The notes under the pieces are model-generated. The model saw nothing but the letters and a program-made list of their open reading frames with translations, was not told the origin of the DNA and searched no databases. This document shows positions 9,733 through 18,782 of a stretch of 27,356 bases of DNA, in pieces; position 1 is the first letter of the stretch; the number at the start of each line of letters is the position of its first letter. This stretch comes from a candidate division FCPU426 bacterium (GTDB lineage: Bacteria > Oederibacteriota > JAAXVQ01 > JAUVAV01), in assembly GCA_030637655.1 (NCBI GenBank), contig DAOWGI010000037.1:1-27356 (forward strand), read 5' to 3'. The position numbers and the translations under genes were made by a program.

Positions 9733-10569
9733 GTGGCATTCCCAAAAAATCCTAATCCTGCCTTTTTGCTTCAACAGGCAACAACCCTTCGTCGCGATAT
9801 TATTGAGATGTTGGGCGCTGCCGGCTCCGGGCATTGCGGAGGTTCTTTGTCCTGTGCTGATATCCTGGCAACCCTCTATTATTCCGAATTAAATCATGAT
9901 CCGCAAAAACCGGACTGGAAACAACGAGACCGTTTCATCCTTTCCAAAGGACACGGCGCTCCGGCACTCTATTCCGTGCTTGCCCGAACCGGTTATTTTT
10001 CGCCGGATTTGCTGGGCACTTTACGCAAACTGAATTCCACGCTGCAAGGACACCCGGATATGAATAAAACTCCGGGGGTTGAAATGTCCACCGGCTCTTT
10101 GGGCCAAGGTATTTCCGTGGCCTGTGGTATTGCCGCGGCAGCTCGTACACAAGACCCAAATCAGGCTGCCTACCGGGTCTATGCTTTGGTGGGTGACGGC
10201 GAGATGAACGAGGGGCAGGTGTGGGAAGCAGCCATGAGTGCGGCCCATTATCGATTGTCCAACCTTTGTGTTATTATTGATAACAATGGACTCCAGATCG
10301 ACGGAGAAACCTGCCGGATAATGAATCTCGATCCAATTCCGGAAAAATGGCGTGCTTTTGGCTGGCATGTGGTTCAGTGCAATGGGCATGATCACTGCGC
10401 TCTGGTAAATGCCTTTGCAGCAGCCCGAGCTGAAACTGCCAAACCAACGGTGATTATTGCCAAGACGGTTAAAGGCAAAGGCGTTTCATTCATGGAAAAC
10501 AAAGTCAACTGGCACGGAATTGCGCCAAATCAAGAACAGGTCTGCACAGCCCTGGACGAATTGAAATAA
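9733..10569 (+). CDS. tkt: Transketolase, N-terminal (ThDP-binding) subunit
   Basis: Motifs GSGHCGGSLS, DRFILSKGH, LQGHP, STGSLGQG and the ThDP motif GDGE...N. Start moved to GTG 9733 behind GGAGGT. The ORF track's TTG 9622 start lies inside a REP element, upstream of the promoter. Confidence 0.95.
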   Translation: MAFPKNPNPAFLLQQATTLRRDIIEMLGAAGSGHCGGSLSCADILATLYYSELNHDPQKPDWKQRDRFILSKGHGAPALYSVLARTGYFSPDLLGTLRKLNSTLQGHPDMNKTPGVEMSTGSLGQGISVACGIAAAARTQDPNQAAYRVYALVGDGEMNEGQVWEAAMSAAHYRLSNLCVIIDNNGLQIDGETCRIMNLDPIPEKWRAFGWHVVQCNGHDHCALVNAFAAARAETAKPTVIIAKTVKGKGVSFMENKVNWHGIAPNQEQVCTALDELK

Positions 10570-10691
10570 AAAAATCAGATCCTCCTGCTATTGATCTGAA
10601 GATCATTACATTTCCACAGTTATTTCGCTGAACAAAACCCATGGGTATTGATTCTCGGTTGTCTGTGGTTGATAAATAAGGAGTACGTATC

Positions 10692-11630
10692 ATGAGTGAA
10701 AAAATCGCAACGCGCGACGCCTATGGCAATGTTTTGGCTGAGTTGGGCGCTTCCCATGCCAACCTGTATGTTTTGGATGCCGATCTTTCCTGCTCAACCA
10801 AAACTAATGTGTTTGCTAAAAAATTTCCGGATCGTTTCTTCAATCTGGGAGTGGCGGAACAAAATCTGATCGGGTGGGCGGCAGGATTAGCTGTGGCCGG
10901 CAAGATCCCTTTTGCTTCTACTTTTGCTGTTTTTGCCACCACCCGGGCTTTTGATCAAGTACGCAATTCCATTGCCTTTCCAAATCTCAATGTGAAAATC
11001 GCGGCCAGTCACGCCGGTCTCTCCGTAGGACCGGACGGCGCTTCGCATCAAGCCCTTGAGGACATTGCCCTCATGCGCATCATGCCGAATTTTACGGTCG
11101 TGGTTCCGGCCGACGGCCCGCAAGCCGCCGAAGCCACACGTTGTGTGTTTGAGCATCAGGGCCCGGTCTACCTGCGGTTGGGACGGCCAAAAGTCGAGAG
11201 CATCAACGCCCAGGAACCTTTTGTGCTGGGCAAAGCGCAAACCCTGCGCGCCGGAGAGGATATCACCATCATCGCCTGCGGCACCATGGTCAGAGAAGCC
11301 TTGCTGGCCGGCGAACAGTTGCAAAAAGCGGGCGTCTCTGTACGTATTGTGAATATGCATACGATCAAACCTTTGGATCAAGCAGCCATCTTAGCGGCTG
11401 CCCGGGAAACCGGCGCTATTGTCACAGCAGAAGAACATACCATTATCGGCGGTTTGGGAAGTGCGGTAGCTGAAGTACTGGCAGAATCCAGGCAAGCGAT
11501 TCCCTTCAAACGGGTCGGTGTGGCAGATCAATTCGGCGAATCCGGAGAACCGGATGAGCTTTTTGATAAATACGGTATTTCCGCCAAACACCTGGTGAGC
11601 ACAGTAAAGACTTTGGTCAAACAAAAGTAG
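10692..11630 (+). CDS. tkt: Transketolase, C-terminal subunit (pyrimidine-binding and C domains)
   Basis: Motifs ATRDAYG, DADLSCST, GVAEQN, GPDGASHQ, GPVYLRLGR, EEHTIIGGLGS. SD AAGGAG upstream. Confidence 0.95.
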   Translation: MSEKIATRDAYGNVLAELGASHANLYVLDADLSCSTKTNVFAKKFPDRFFNLGVAEQNLIGWAAGLAVAGKIPFASTFAVFATTRAFDQVRNSIAFPNLNVKIAASHAGLSVGPDGASHQALEDIALMRIMPNFTVVVPADGPQAAEATRCVFEHQGPVYLRLGRPKVESINAQEPFVLGKAQTLRAGEDITIIACGTMVREALLAGEQLQKAGVSVRIVNMHTIKPLDQAAILAAARETGAIVTAEEHTIIGGLGSAVAEVLAESRQAIPFKRVGVADQFGESGEPDELFDKYGISAKHLVSTVKTLVKQK

Positions 11631-11654
11631 AGACGCGATTAATCGCGTCTCTAC
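11627..11654. repeat. Perfect 28-bp GTAG REP-like palindrome; probably also a bidirectional terminator or RNA stabiliser
   Basis: GTAGAGACGCGATTAATCGCGTCTCTAC sits between convergent genes. An identical copy is at 18666-18693. Confidence 0.9.
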
Positions 11655-13864
11655 GATTTATCATTTTCTTCCTTAATCCGGTTCTCAATCTCTTCACTCA
11701 ATTGAACCCATACTTTTTCAAAAGCATCTGTCACTTGAGGGTCAAATTGCGTGCCTGCCGCCTTTCGTATAATCCGAAAAGCATCCCAAGGTGTTTTGGG
11801 GGCATGATACGAACGCACACTGGTGATAACATCAAAGGCATCACAAATCGCGATAATCTTGGATCCCAGAGGAATAGCCTCCCCTTTGATTCCGGCAGGA
11901 TAGCCATTGCCATCAAAGTGTTCGTGATGATGCAGGATCAAGTCCTTGATTTCCCAAGGAAATTCCACGTTTTCTATAATTTGCACTCCTATTTCCGAGT
12001 GCCGTTGCATGGCTGAGTATTCCTTTGCTCCCAACTTGGCTGGTTTCAATAAAATGTTTTCCGAGATTCCAATTTTACCGATATCATGCAACAAACCGGC
12101 CATTTTAATCCGCTCTACTTCATCGCGAGGCAATTGCATTTGCTCGGCAATAGTCGCGGAATACGAGGAGACACGTTCCGAGTGACCGCGGGTGTACGGC
12201 TCCCGGGCATCCACCATATCGGAAATAACTTGCACAATAGAATGATAGCTGCGCTTCAATTTGTTATACAGATTGGCATTCTGTATGATAACTGTGGCCT
12301 CAGAAGCCAGGGTCTTAAACAAGCGCACATCATTTCCGGTAAAGCTGCTCTGTTCCCGTTTGTTGGCCACAAAAAAAACACCCAAAGTCTGTTCTTGTCC
12401 GCGCAAAGGTACTGCCATAAGATTGCGCAAGGTAAAAATATTTTTAAATTCCGCTTGCACCAGCGGTTCCTGCTCGGCAGTATTCGTAAACAGCGGACGT
12501 GCTGTGCGAAACACTTGAGTCGAGACTACCGTGGCTTCCAGGGACACACGCATCCCTGCGATTTGTTCTTCATCAATACCTATCGCAGCCGGATGCGTAG
12601 CCAAGGTGTTGTCCTCACGGCTGTGGAACATAAACCAGCTTTTTTCCGCGTTCAATACCCCACTCACGCGTTCAACTATTTGTTCCAAGGCAATGTCCAG
12701 ATTGGACATTTCACTGATCACTTGTGCCACTTCATACAAGGCCAATAATTCCTGAGAACGGCGTTTGGTTTCTTCGAACAAACGGGCATTGTCAATCGCG
12801 TTGGCGGCTAGAGTGACTAAGGTCTTCATCAAGTATTGTTCTTCCGAAGAGAAGGCTCTTTTTTGTTTGGAATAAAAATGCATAACTCCAATGACTTTAT
12901 TCTTGGTTTTTAAGGGGACAATCGCCAAAGAAGCAATTCCCACAATTGTCAACCGGTCCTTATCCACATTGGCGTCATTTTCAATCTGCTCAACCCAGAC
13001 CGGATCCCCGCCGGCCAGGACCTGATACGAATAGGTTTCTGTAAAAAGAACCCGCTGAAATTCTTTATTCAATCCCAGACCGCTATGATAGATCATTTCG
13101 GTCTGTTTTTCCCCTTTTAACCAAATGTCCCCGCCCTGATACCGCATGGCTTTGGTGACTTCCAGGATAATCAGACGTAATAAAATATCCAAATCCATGG
13201 TGGAATTTATGTTCTGGGCAATCTCAGAGACAGCGGCAGCTTGACGCAAACGTTTTTCGACCTGCTTTTTTTGTTCCAGTATGGCCAAGGCCATTCGCGC
13301 TTGCGGCAGGAAAAAGTCAATGGTTTTTAAATGCTCTTTTTTCCAATCCCGCAGTTTGACCACCAGTACTTTGGCCGCCGCTTGACTCATATCCCGGTTG
13401 GCTTTGCCCGGCGAATCCAAAGAGATCAGCAAAAGTTTGGCTCGTTGGTAGGCTTTTCCCAGCCACGGTATATCGTTCTGTCTAAGCGCTTCCAAGTCTG
13501 CGGGATTGGCCGGCGTTTCCAGCTTGTGGGTAGCCTCATGATATACGGTATATGGTTTTATTTTATCCGGCAGGTAGAGCAGTATGGTTTTACGCTCCAC
13601 TATATATTCAATCAATCCGGCCGGCAAGCCGGCCGGTGCAGACACGGCAGCCGGAGCATTCAAGATAAATGGTTTGTTCCCTGCTGGCGGCAGCATAATG
13701 ATCCAGGCCTGTTCGGCCTTGAACAATTGTTTACACTCGACGGCTACGCGCTGCGCCACCTGTTTGCGGCTACGCGCTGCCAATACATACTGTAGAAAAC
13801 TATCTTCCGGTAATCTGCCGGTCTTTTTTTTCATGACTTTCTTCGTGTTTTTTATCTTTTTCAC
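11651..13864 (-). CDS. GAF-GAF-HD-GYP cyclic-dinucleotide phosphodiesterase
   Basis: Two GAF domains ending in AIDNARLFEE and IIQNARLY-type helices (IIQNANLY). HD-GYP motifs HSERV, LLHDIGK, HHEHFDGNGYP, CDAFD. Likely start is GTG 13864 behind AGGTGG, just after the cutA stop. Confidence 0.92.
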   Translation of the reverse strand: MKKIKNTKKVMKKKTGRLPEDSFLQYVLAARSRKQVAQRVAVECKQLFKAEQAWIIMLPPAGNKPFILNAPAAVSAPAGLPAGLIEYIVERKTILLYLPDKIKPYTVYHEATHKLETPANPADLEALRQNDIPWLGKAYQRAKLLLISLDSPGKANRDMSQAAAKVLVVKLRDWKKEHLKTIDFFLPQARMALAILEQKKQVEKRLRQAAAVSEIAQNINSTMDLDILLRLIILEVTKAMRYQGGDIWLKGEKQTEMIYHSGLGLNKEFQRVLFTETYSYQVLAGGDPVWVEQIENDANVDKDRLTIVGIASLAIVPLKTKNKVIGVMHFYSKQKRAFSSEEQYLMKTLVTLAANAIDNARLFEETKRRSQELLALYEVAQVISEMSNLDIALEQIVERVSGVLNAEKSWFMFHSREDNTLATHPAAIGIDEEQIAGMRVSLEATVVSTQVFRTARPLFTNTAEQEPLVQAEFKNIFTLRNLMAVPLRGQEQTLGVFFVANKREQSSFTGNDVRLFKTLASEATVIIQNANLYNKLKRSYHSIVQVISDMVDAREPYTRGHSERVSSYSATIAEQMQLPRDEVERIKMAGLLHDIGKIGISENILLKPAKLGAKEYSAMQRHSEIGVQIIENVEFPWEIKDLILHHHEHFDGNGYPAGIKGEAIPLGSKIIAICDAFDVITSVRSYHAPKTPWDAFRIIRKAAGTQFDPQVTDAFEKVWVQLSEEIENRIKEENDKS

Positions 13865-13866
13865 TG

Positions 13867-14199
13867 TTATTCCACCTGCTCTTGGTCTGTGGTTTCCTGC
13901 TCCACCCAAGCAAGATAGGACGCAGATCCTGCCACAATCGGCAGGGCAATGATCTCCGGCACTTCGTACGGATGATTGCTTTGCACCAGTTTTATTAAAG
14001 GATCGACGAATTGGCGCCGGGTTTTAATGATTAAAAGCAGTTCCTGATCTTTTTCAATGTTTCCCTGCCAGTGATACCAAGAGGTCAATCCCGGCACACA
14101 ATTCACGCAGGCGGCCAGCCGCCCTTCCACCAGCAGCCGGGCAATCTTTTCACCGGTTTCCTGATTCGGTACTGTTACCAAGACCACACACAATTCCAT
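13867..14199 (-). CDS. cutA: Divalent-cation tolerance protein CutA
   Basis: Motifs LVEGRLAACVN, SWYHWQG, HPYEVPEIIALP. SD GGAGG. Confidence 0.95.
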   Translation of the reverse strand: MELCVVLVTVPNQETGEKIARLLVEGRLAACVNCVPGLTSWYHWQGNIEKDQELLLIIKTRRQFVDPLIKLVQSNHPYEVPEIIALPIVAGSASYLAWVEQETTDQEQVE

Positions 14200-14216
14200 C
14201 GGTCCTCCAAATTTAC

Positions 14217-14239
14217 GGGCGCACGCAGTGCGCCCCTAC
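14217..14239 (-). repeat. GTAG-type REP-like hairpin overlapping the amrB stop codon
   Basis: Minus strand GTAG-GGGCGCAC-TGC-GTGCGCCC. Its TAG is the stop of amrB. Confidence 0.75.
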
Positions 14240-15042
14240 CCTACTATTACACCCGCATAACCAACCACGCGATCTTTATCTCCGGAAAAATCAGCCGAGG
14301 TGGTGTATTCCACCAATTCCGCTTCTTGTGCTCCCATTTCCCGGGCGGCAAAAAGCATAACTGCCGTAGGACCGGCGCCACACATGGAAATATTCTTCTT
14401 CCGAACCGTCTCCAACAACCCGATTGGATCGCGTTCCAAAACATGTTGCAAGGCACTTTCGTCCAACTGCCTGGTTCTCTCCAGGGACTCAAAATGATTC
14501 ATATCCGAAGATGCTATGATCAGGCATTTTTTATTACTGGCTTGCAGGCATTGGGCCAAGCTCTTTCCCAACGCCTCCAAAGTCTGTATACGTTGGGTGC
14601 CCAAAACAATTGGGATAATGGTTATCGGCCGGCCTGGCATTTGCAAAAAAGGCAGTTGTACTTCCAGGGAATGTTCCTGAAGATGAGCTAATTCATCCAA
14701 CTGCACTTCGGAATTTATATTTAGAATGGTCCGGACCATGGACTGCTCTACTTGAACCTGTCCCAGGGGTGTCTGCCAGGCTTCGGCTGCTGAAATTGCC
14801 ACTGCTTTTCCATGCCCGGTATGATTGGGCCCAAGCAAAACATACACGTCTGCCGGACATAAGCGCGCGTATACTGCCGCGGCCGTATGACCGGAATAGA
14901 TATAACCGGCATGCGGAACCATGACACCCAAGGCCTGCCGCGTAGACACCGGCGCCGAGGGCATGAGTTGCTGAATCTCCGCGCGTAAACGACCGGCCGT
15001 GCTCTCATAAAACATCCCGGCGACTACAGGCTGTCGAACCAT
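14236..15042 (-). CDS. amrB: AmmeMemoRadiSam system protein B (MEMO1 family)
   Basis: Motifs RQPVVAGMFY, PHAGYIYSG, GPNHTG, EHSLEVQLPFLQ, ASSDMNH, SMCG, VVGYA. Confidence 0.95.
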   Translation of the reverse strand: MVRQPVVAGMFYESTAGRLRAEIQQLMPSAPVSTRQALGVMVPHAGYIYSGHTAAAVYARLCPADVYVLLGPNHTGHGKAVAISAAEAWQTPLGQVQVEQSMVRTILNINSEVQLDELAHLQEHSLEVQLPFLQMPGRPITIIPIVLGTQRIQTLEALGKSLAQCLQASNKKCLIIASSDMNHFESLERTRQLDESALQHVLERDPIGLLETVRKKNISMCGAGPTAVMLFAAREMGAQEAELVEYTTSADFSGDKDRVVGYAGVIVG

Positions 15043-15120
15043 TCTGCCACCTCAATATCTGTCTATTCCGAAATGATGACATAAGTTATTTGAAAAAGGA
15101 AGAAAATTCTGGATTCCGGC

Positions 15121-15279
15121 GTATCTGGTCAGTAAAAAAAACGTAACAGATCAGTCAAGTGCAGTTAAACAAAGATTGTCATTCCCGAGGGTTTAATCGG
15201 GAATCCGGTTTTTAAACCATATCCCCGATACAAGCATTCGGGGATGACAAACTAAAAAAACACTTCACTGACACGATAC
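15121..15279. mobile_element. Nested palindromic, MITE-like intergenic element
   Basis: Inner element 15176-15250 is bounded by TTGTCATTCCCGA / TCGGGGATGACAA and holds two hairpins. Outer imperfect inverted repeat GTATCTGGTCAGT (15121-15133) / ACTGACACGATAC (15267-15279). Confidence 0.6.
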
Positions 15280-15332
15280 TCATTTTTTGCCCCTGCTATT
15301 GACAGTTTTGAAAGTCCATGCTACACGAGTAT

Positions 15333-16718
15333 ATGCTCCGTATCCATCGTGCCTGCGTATTGACACTCATTGCTTTGAGCCTGGCTTTTTACAGTTGGGC
15401 GGAACCGCGGATTATTGAACAAAAACCAACCTCCTTAGTCTATCCGCCTTTCTGGCATACTCCCTTTGGAATTCACCGTGGCACACCGGAACTTCTGAAA
15501 ATGTTCCTGGGCGATCGAAGCATACTTAAAGAACCACAGGATCTGGCCTGCACATTATTGCTTAGCGAGCTGGAAAACTCGAGAAACACGGCGGAATTTC
15601 AAGTGACGATCCTGGGAGCTAATGCCGGCCAGGGTCACCTTATTTACAATCCTGATCTCACGCACCTCGAGGTGCTGGGTGACCGCGGCGAGAGCAAACG
15701 GCTTTTTTCCTATCCCCTGGGTACTGCCCTGCACACTGATGGCAGCGCCTATGTGACAGATCCCAGGCATCCGGCGGTTTTTCGTTTGGTTTTGGAAAAT
15801 AAAAAACTGGTTCCTGCCGGTATGCTAACTCCACCACCCGGTGGTTGGAAACAACCATGGGGTGTCGCGCTCGATTCGCAAGGATCACTATATGTCAGTG
15901 ATGCCAAACGCGATCAACTCTTTGTGTATTCGCCAAAAGGCGATTTGCTGCAAACCATTGGACCGCAATTGAGCGAACAGATCCGCTTATCACAACCAGG
16001 TTCACTGACCGTTGTTGATCCTTTGGAACCCTGGTCTTTTTATCATGACGGGTATATCTTTGTTATCGATCAGTCCGGAAAACGTCTGCTCCGACTGGAT
16101 TTGGCCGGCCGCGTGCAAAAAGTCCTGGAAGCAAGAAAGCTTACAGAACAATATCCTGAGTTTACTTTTGCCTGGATGGAATTGGATTATTATGAAAATG
16201 TGTGGATCACAGATCCTGTCCGTTCCCAGATACACAAGTTTAACCGCCAACTGGCGTATCTGACCTCGTACGGCCGGGTTGGAAATGGTGACTATCGCTT
16301 TGAGCAGCCGACCGGCCTTGCGATTCATCGTCATTTTGGCCAGGTATTTGTTGCCGAAAAAAACGGCGCTCATTATTTTTGGATCGGTTCGGATATTCTG
16401 CGTGCCCAAGTACAACAGGACGCTACACATCCGCACTTGCTACGCATCGAATTTTTCCTCACCGAACCGGCGTGGTTGACAGTAGAAATCAAATCCTCGC
16501 CGCGGCTGCGGCAACCCTTCCTAAGCAAAAAACAATGGGCCGATTCCGGACAGCGAGTTGTTTTTTGGAATAGTGAGCAGACCAAGGGAATACAAACAGA
16601 GGGTTTTTGGATTACCGCTGAAGCAACCTACTCTTCCGCGCGCTATATGGCCAAACGTGTTTTTATTCCCAGGCCCAAACTTATTTCTTCTTATTCACTT
16701 TCATCTCGCGAACCGTAA
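15333..16718 (+). CDS. Secreted NHL-repeat (beta-propeller) protein with possible C-terminal Ig/FlgD-like domain
   Basis: Signal-peptide-like N-terminus. NHL repeats FSYPLGTALHTDGSAYVTD, WKQPWGVALDSQGSLYVSD, FEQPTGLAI. The start is ATG 15318 or 15333. The 3' end overlaps the convergent gene by 38 bp. Confidence 0.8.
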   Translation: MLRIHRACVLTLIALSLAFYSWAEPRIIEQKPTSLVYPPFWHTPFGIHRGTPELLKMFLGDRSILKEPQDLACTLLLSELENSRNTAEFQVTILGANAGQGHLIYNPDLTHLEVLGDRGESKRLFSYPLGTALHTDGSAYVTDPRHPAVFRLVLENKKLVPAGMLTPPPGGWKQPWGVALDSQGSLYVSDAKRDQLFVYSPKGDLLQTIGPQLSEQIRLSQPGSLTVVDPLEPWSFYHDGYIFVIDQSGKRLLRLDLAGRVQKVLEARKLTEQYPEFTFAWMELDYYENVWITDPVRSQIHKFNRQLAYLTSYGRVGNGDYRFEQPTGLAIHRHFGQVFVAEKNGAHYFWIGSDILRAQVQQDATHPHLLRIEFFLTEPAWLTVEIKSSPRLRQPFLSKKQWADSGQRVVFWNSEQTKGIQTEGFWITAEATYSSARYMAKRVFIPRPKLISSYSLSSREP

Positions 16719-18513
16719 TTATCACCCGGCGATTCCGGTAGCGCTGCTTATAATTCGAATTATTGACCGCCGGATTTTTATCTCCGCGACCGCGTACCAA
16801 GATGCGCGAAATATGTACTTTGTGATAGGCTGTCAAATACCGGGCCACGGCTTCAGCACGGGCTTTGGAAAGATATACTTTCCGGGCTTCTTCATTTACC
16901 GAATCAGCATACCCTTCAATGAGTACTTTAGTGCGCGGATGAGACTGAATAAAAACCGCGGCCTTGGCAATAATATCGGCGGCTTTAGGTCTGATCTCAG
17001 CCCGGCCTTTTTCAAACAATACCGGACCAAAAATTTCCGCTTCCACCAGTCGCGGTACTTGGTGTTTTTTTGCATTCGGCGGCGTATCGGCAACATTAAC
17101 TCCTACCCTGCCTTTCTGAGTCTCGCTCTGACCATTAATATCCGTCAAGGTCAAGTAATACCGCACTCCCTTAATAGCCTTGATAAAATTCCCTTTGGTA
17201 TTCTTTCCATCCCAGATAATCATTTTTGGCAGCGCGGTTCCTTTTAAGACCCGGATTTTTTTGCCCTTGCGACCTTCCAATTTTAAAGACCACCGCACTA
17301 TCCGCGCGCCGGAAGTACGTTTGACCTTAAAGTGCACTTCCCGCGCTCCCTTGGTTTTAGCTGTGGCCTTGGTAATCCGAGCCTCAACCTGCACATTGTC
17401 TTTGAGCAGCGATCGCATGGCCGCTTCTTCTTTGGTGGTTGGACTGGATGAAATATCCCGGCTGCCAAAACCATCGGACTGCGCGTCAAAATCCATGCGC
17501 GCTGTCATGATCGAACGTTTCTGTTTCGGTTTTTTGGCTCGGGAACGACTTTTTCCGATTTGTTTGAGGTTTAACGCTACCGAAATACGATGTGTCAGAC
17601 CCAGCTCCCCATGCGGCGCTATGGTATATCCAAAATTCCACATTCCCGGCGCGATTCCCAAGCCGGCCGTCAATCCCGCCAAACCCTCAGGCTGTGTGGC
17701 GCCGCTTAATTGATACCCCGTACGAATTGTTAAAACCCGGGCAAAGTTGTACTCGAATCCCACATGGACAATCGAATCCACCAATTCATGAAACAATACT
17801 TCCAAATCCAACCCGATGATAACGCCGCTGGTCCGATTAATTTTTGCTTTGTACGCAGCGCCCAGAGTCCCGCTTATGGGCAGACTGTAGCCGGCAACTC
17901 CCAGGCCTAAATTTCTCACAGCCACGCCAAGATCAATATTCTCAATCCCGCGATACTGCCAGCCTATATCTCCCATAAGGCTAAAAGGTGTGGTGTCACC
18001 CAAATCCTGGACCACCACACGTGCCGCCAAACCAAAAGACATGAGCGGTGTAATCGCAATACCGGCTCCGAGTGAACCGCCAAACATGGCCAAATTGATC
18101 TGAGTGCCTTCAAAAATCAAACGTCCGTCTGAGGTGATGTCCGTTTTTTCAATCGTGCCCAGATTCAAGTAGTTCGCGTTGACACCTATCACAAATTTGC
18201 GCGAAAACGGAACCGCGAAGAGAAAACTTTCACGATTGGTTTCCTGAATCCAGCTGTTGTGAATAAACTCCACTTCCGGATATTTTATCTGCTGCAAGCC
18301 GGCCGGATTCCAGTACAGAGAAGAAATATCATTGCTGTTGGCCACACCCACGCCGCCCATGGCCGGAGCCCTGGTTCCCAAACCAATGAGAATTTCCGGC
18401 ATCACGACTCGTGAATAGGCGTAATTCTCCTCGATTTCAGCAGCCAACAGAATCCGGTTGGAAACGACAAGCATGACCAGACTCAGTAAGAGGAAAAAAA
18501 ACAAACGTTTCAT
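16681..18513 (-). CDS. PorV/PorQ-like outer-membrane barrel fused to FlgD-Ig-like and OmpA-type peptidoglycan-binding domains
   Basis: N-terminal GTRAPAMGG...YWNPAGL motif and amphipathic strands ending LGLTHRISV. Middle WSL...IIWDGK...YYLTLTD. C-terminal VLFEKG...IEGYAD...LSKARAEAV...GRG...NRRV. ATG 18513 fits the SD AAGGA better than TTG 18519. Confidence 0.85.
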   Translation of the reverse strand: MKRLFFFLLLSLVMLVVSNRILLAAEIEENYAYSRVVMPEILIGLGTRAPAMGGVGVANSNDISSLYWNPAGLQQIKYPEVEFIHNSWIQETNRESFLFAVPFSRKFVIGVNANYLNLGTIEKTDITSDGRLIFEGTQINLAMFGGSLGAGIAITPLMSFGLAARVVVQDLGDTTPFSLMGDIGWQYRGIENIDLGVAVRNLGLGVAGYSLPISGTLGAAYKAKINRTSGVIIGLDLEVLFHELVDSIVHVGFEYNFARVLTIRTGYQLSGATQPEGLAGLTAGLGIAPGMWNFGYTIAPHGELGLTHRISVALNLKQIGKSRSRAKKPKQKRSIMTARMDFDAQSDGFGSRDISSSPTTKEEAAMRSLLKDNVQVEARITKATAKTKGAREVHFKVKRTSGARIVRWSLKLEGRKGKKIRVLKGTALPKMIIWDGKNTKGNFIKAIKGVRYYLTLTDINGQSETQKGRVGVNVADTPPNAKKHQVPRLVEAEIFGPVLFEKGRAEIRPKAADIIAKAAVFIQSHPRTKVLIEGYADSVNEEARKVYLSKARAEAVARYLTAYHKVHISRILVRGRGDKNPAVNNSNYKQRYRNRRVIITVREMKVNKKK

Positions 18514-18566
18514 CAGCAATTCCTTTTACATTTCATTTTTCTTTCATGTTTTTTTCAACAGTACCT

Positions 18567-18724
18567 AACCCGGACAAGCCGGAACCAAAAAAGTATATTC
18601 ACCGCATACCCAAAAAACGGGCACAAGGAGACGCAAAGTTCGCAGAGAAAGATGGGATAAAAACCGTAGAGACGCGATTAATCGCGTCTCTACATAGAAC
18701 AATCTATGTGTCCTCTGCGGTGAA
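18567..18724. repeat. Composite intergenic repeat: TTCACCGCA...TGCGGTGAA inverted repeat with the 28-bp REP nested inside
   Basis: Inverted arms at 18598-18606 and 18716-18724. The REP at 18666-18693 is identical to 11627-11654. Confidence 0.7.
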
Positions 18725-18782
18725 ATAATCTTGCCATAAAAACACGTATTTGAGAATTAAGATACTAAAGCCTTTTCTGTTT

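Noticed and set aside
10575-10670. Short inverted repeats between the two transketolase genes
   Set aside because: The stems are only 6-7 bp, too weak to call a terminator or RNA element.
18618-18650. GACGCAAAG resembling part of a c-di-GMP-I riboswitch
   Set aside because: The GAAA-tetraloop stem and downstream receptor hairpin are missing, the orientation is wrong for the adjacent genes, and it lies in a repeat element.
11627-18693. Identical 28-bp sequences as CRISPR repeats or transposon ends
   Set aside because: They are 7 kb apart with no spacer array, cas gene or transposase. The enclosed genes are ordinary, so dispersed REPs explain them better.
18546-18728. 60-aa plus-strand ORF
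   Set aside because: It is made of repeat-element sequence (VETRLIASL is the translated REP).
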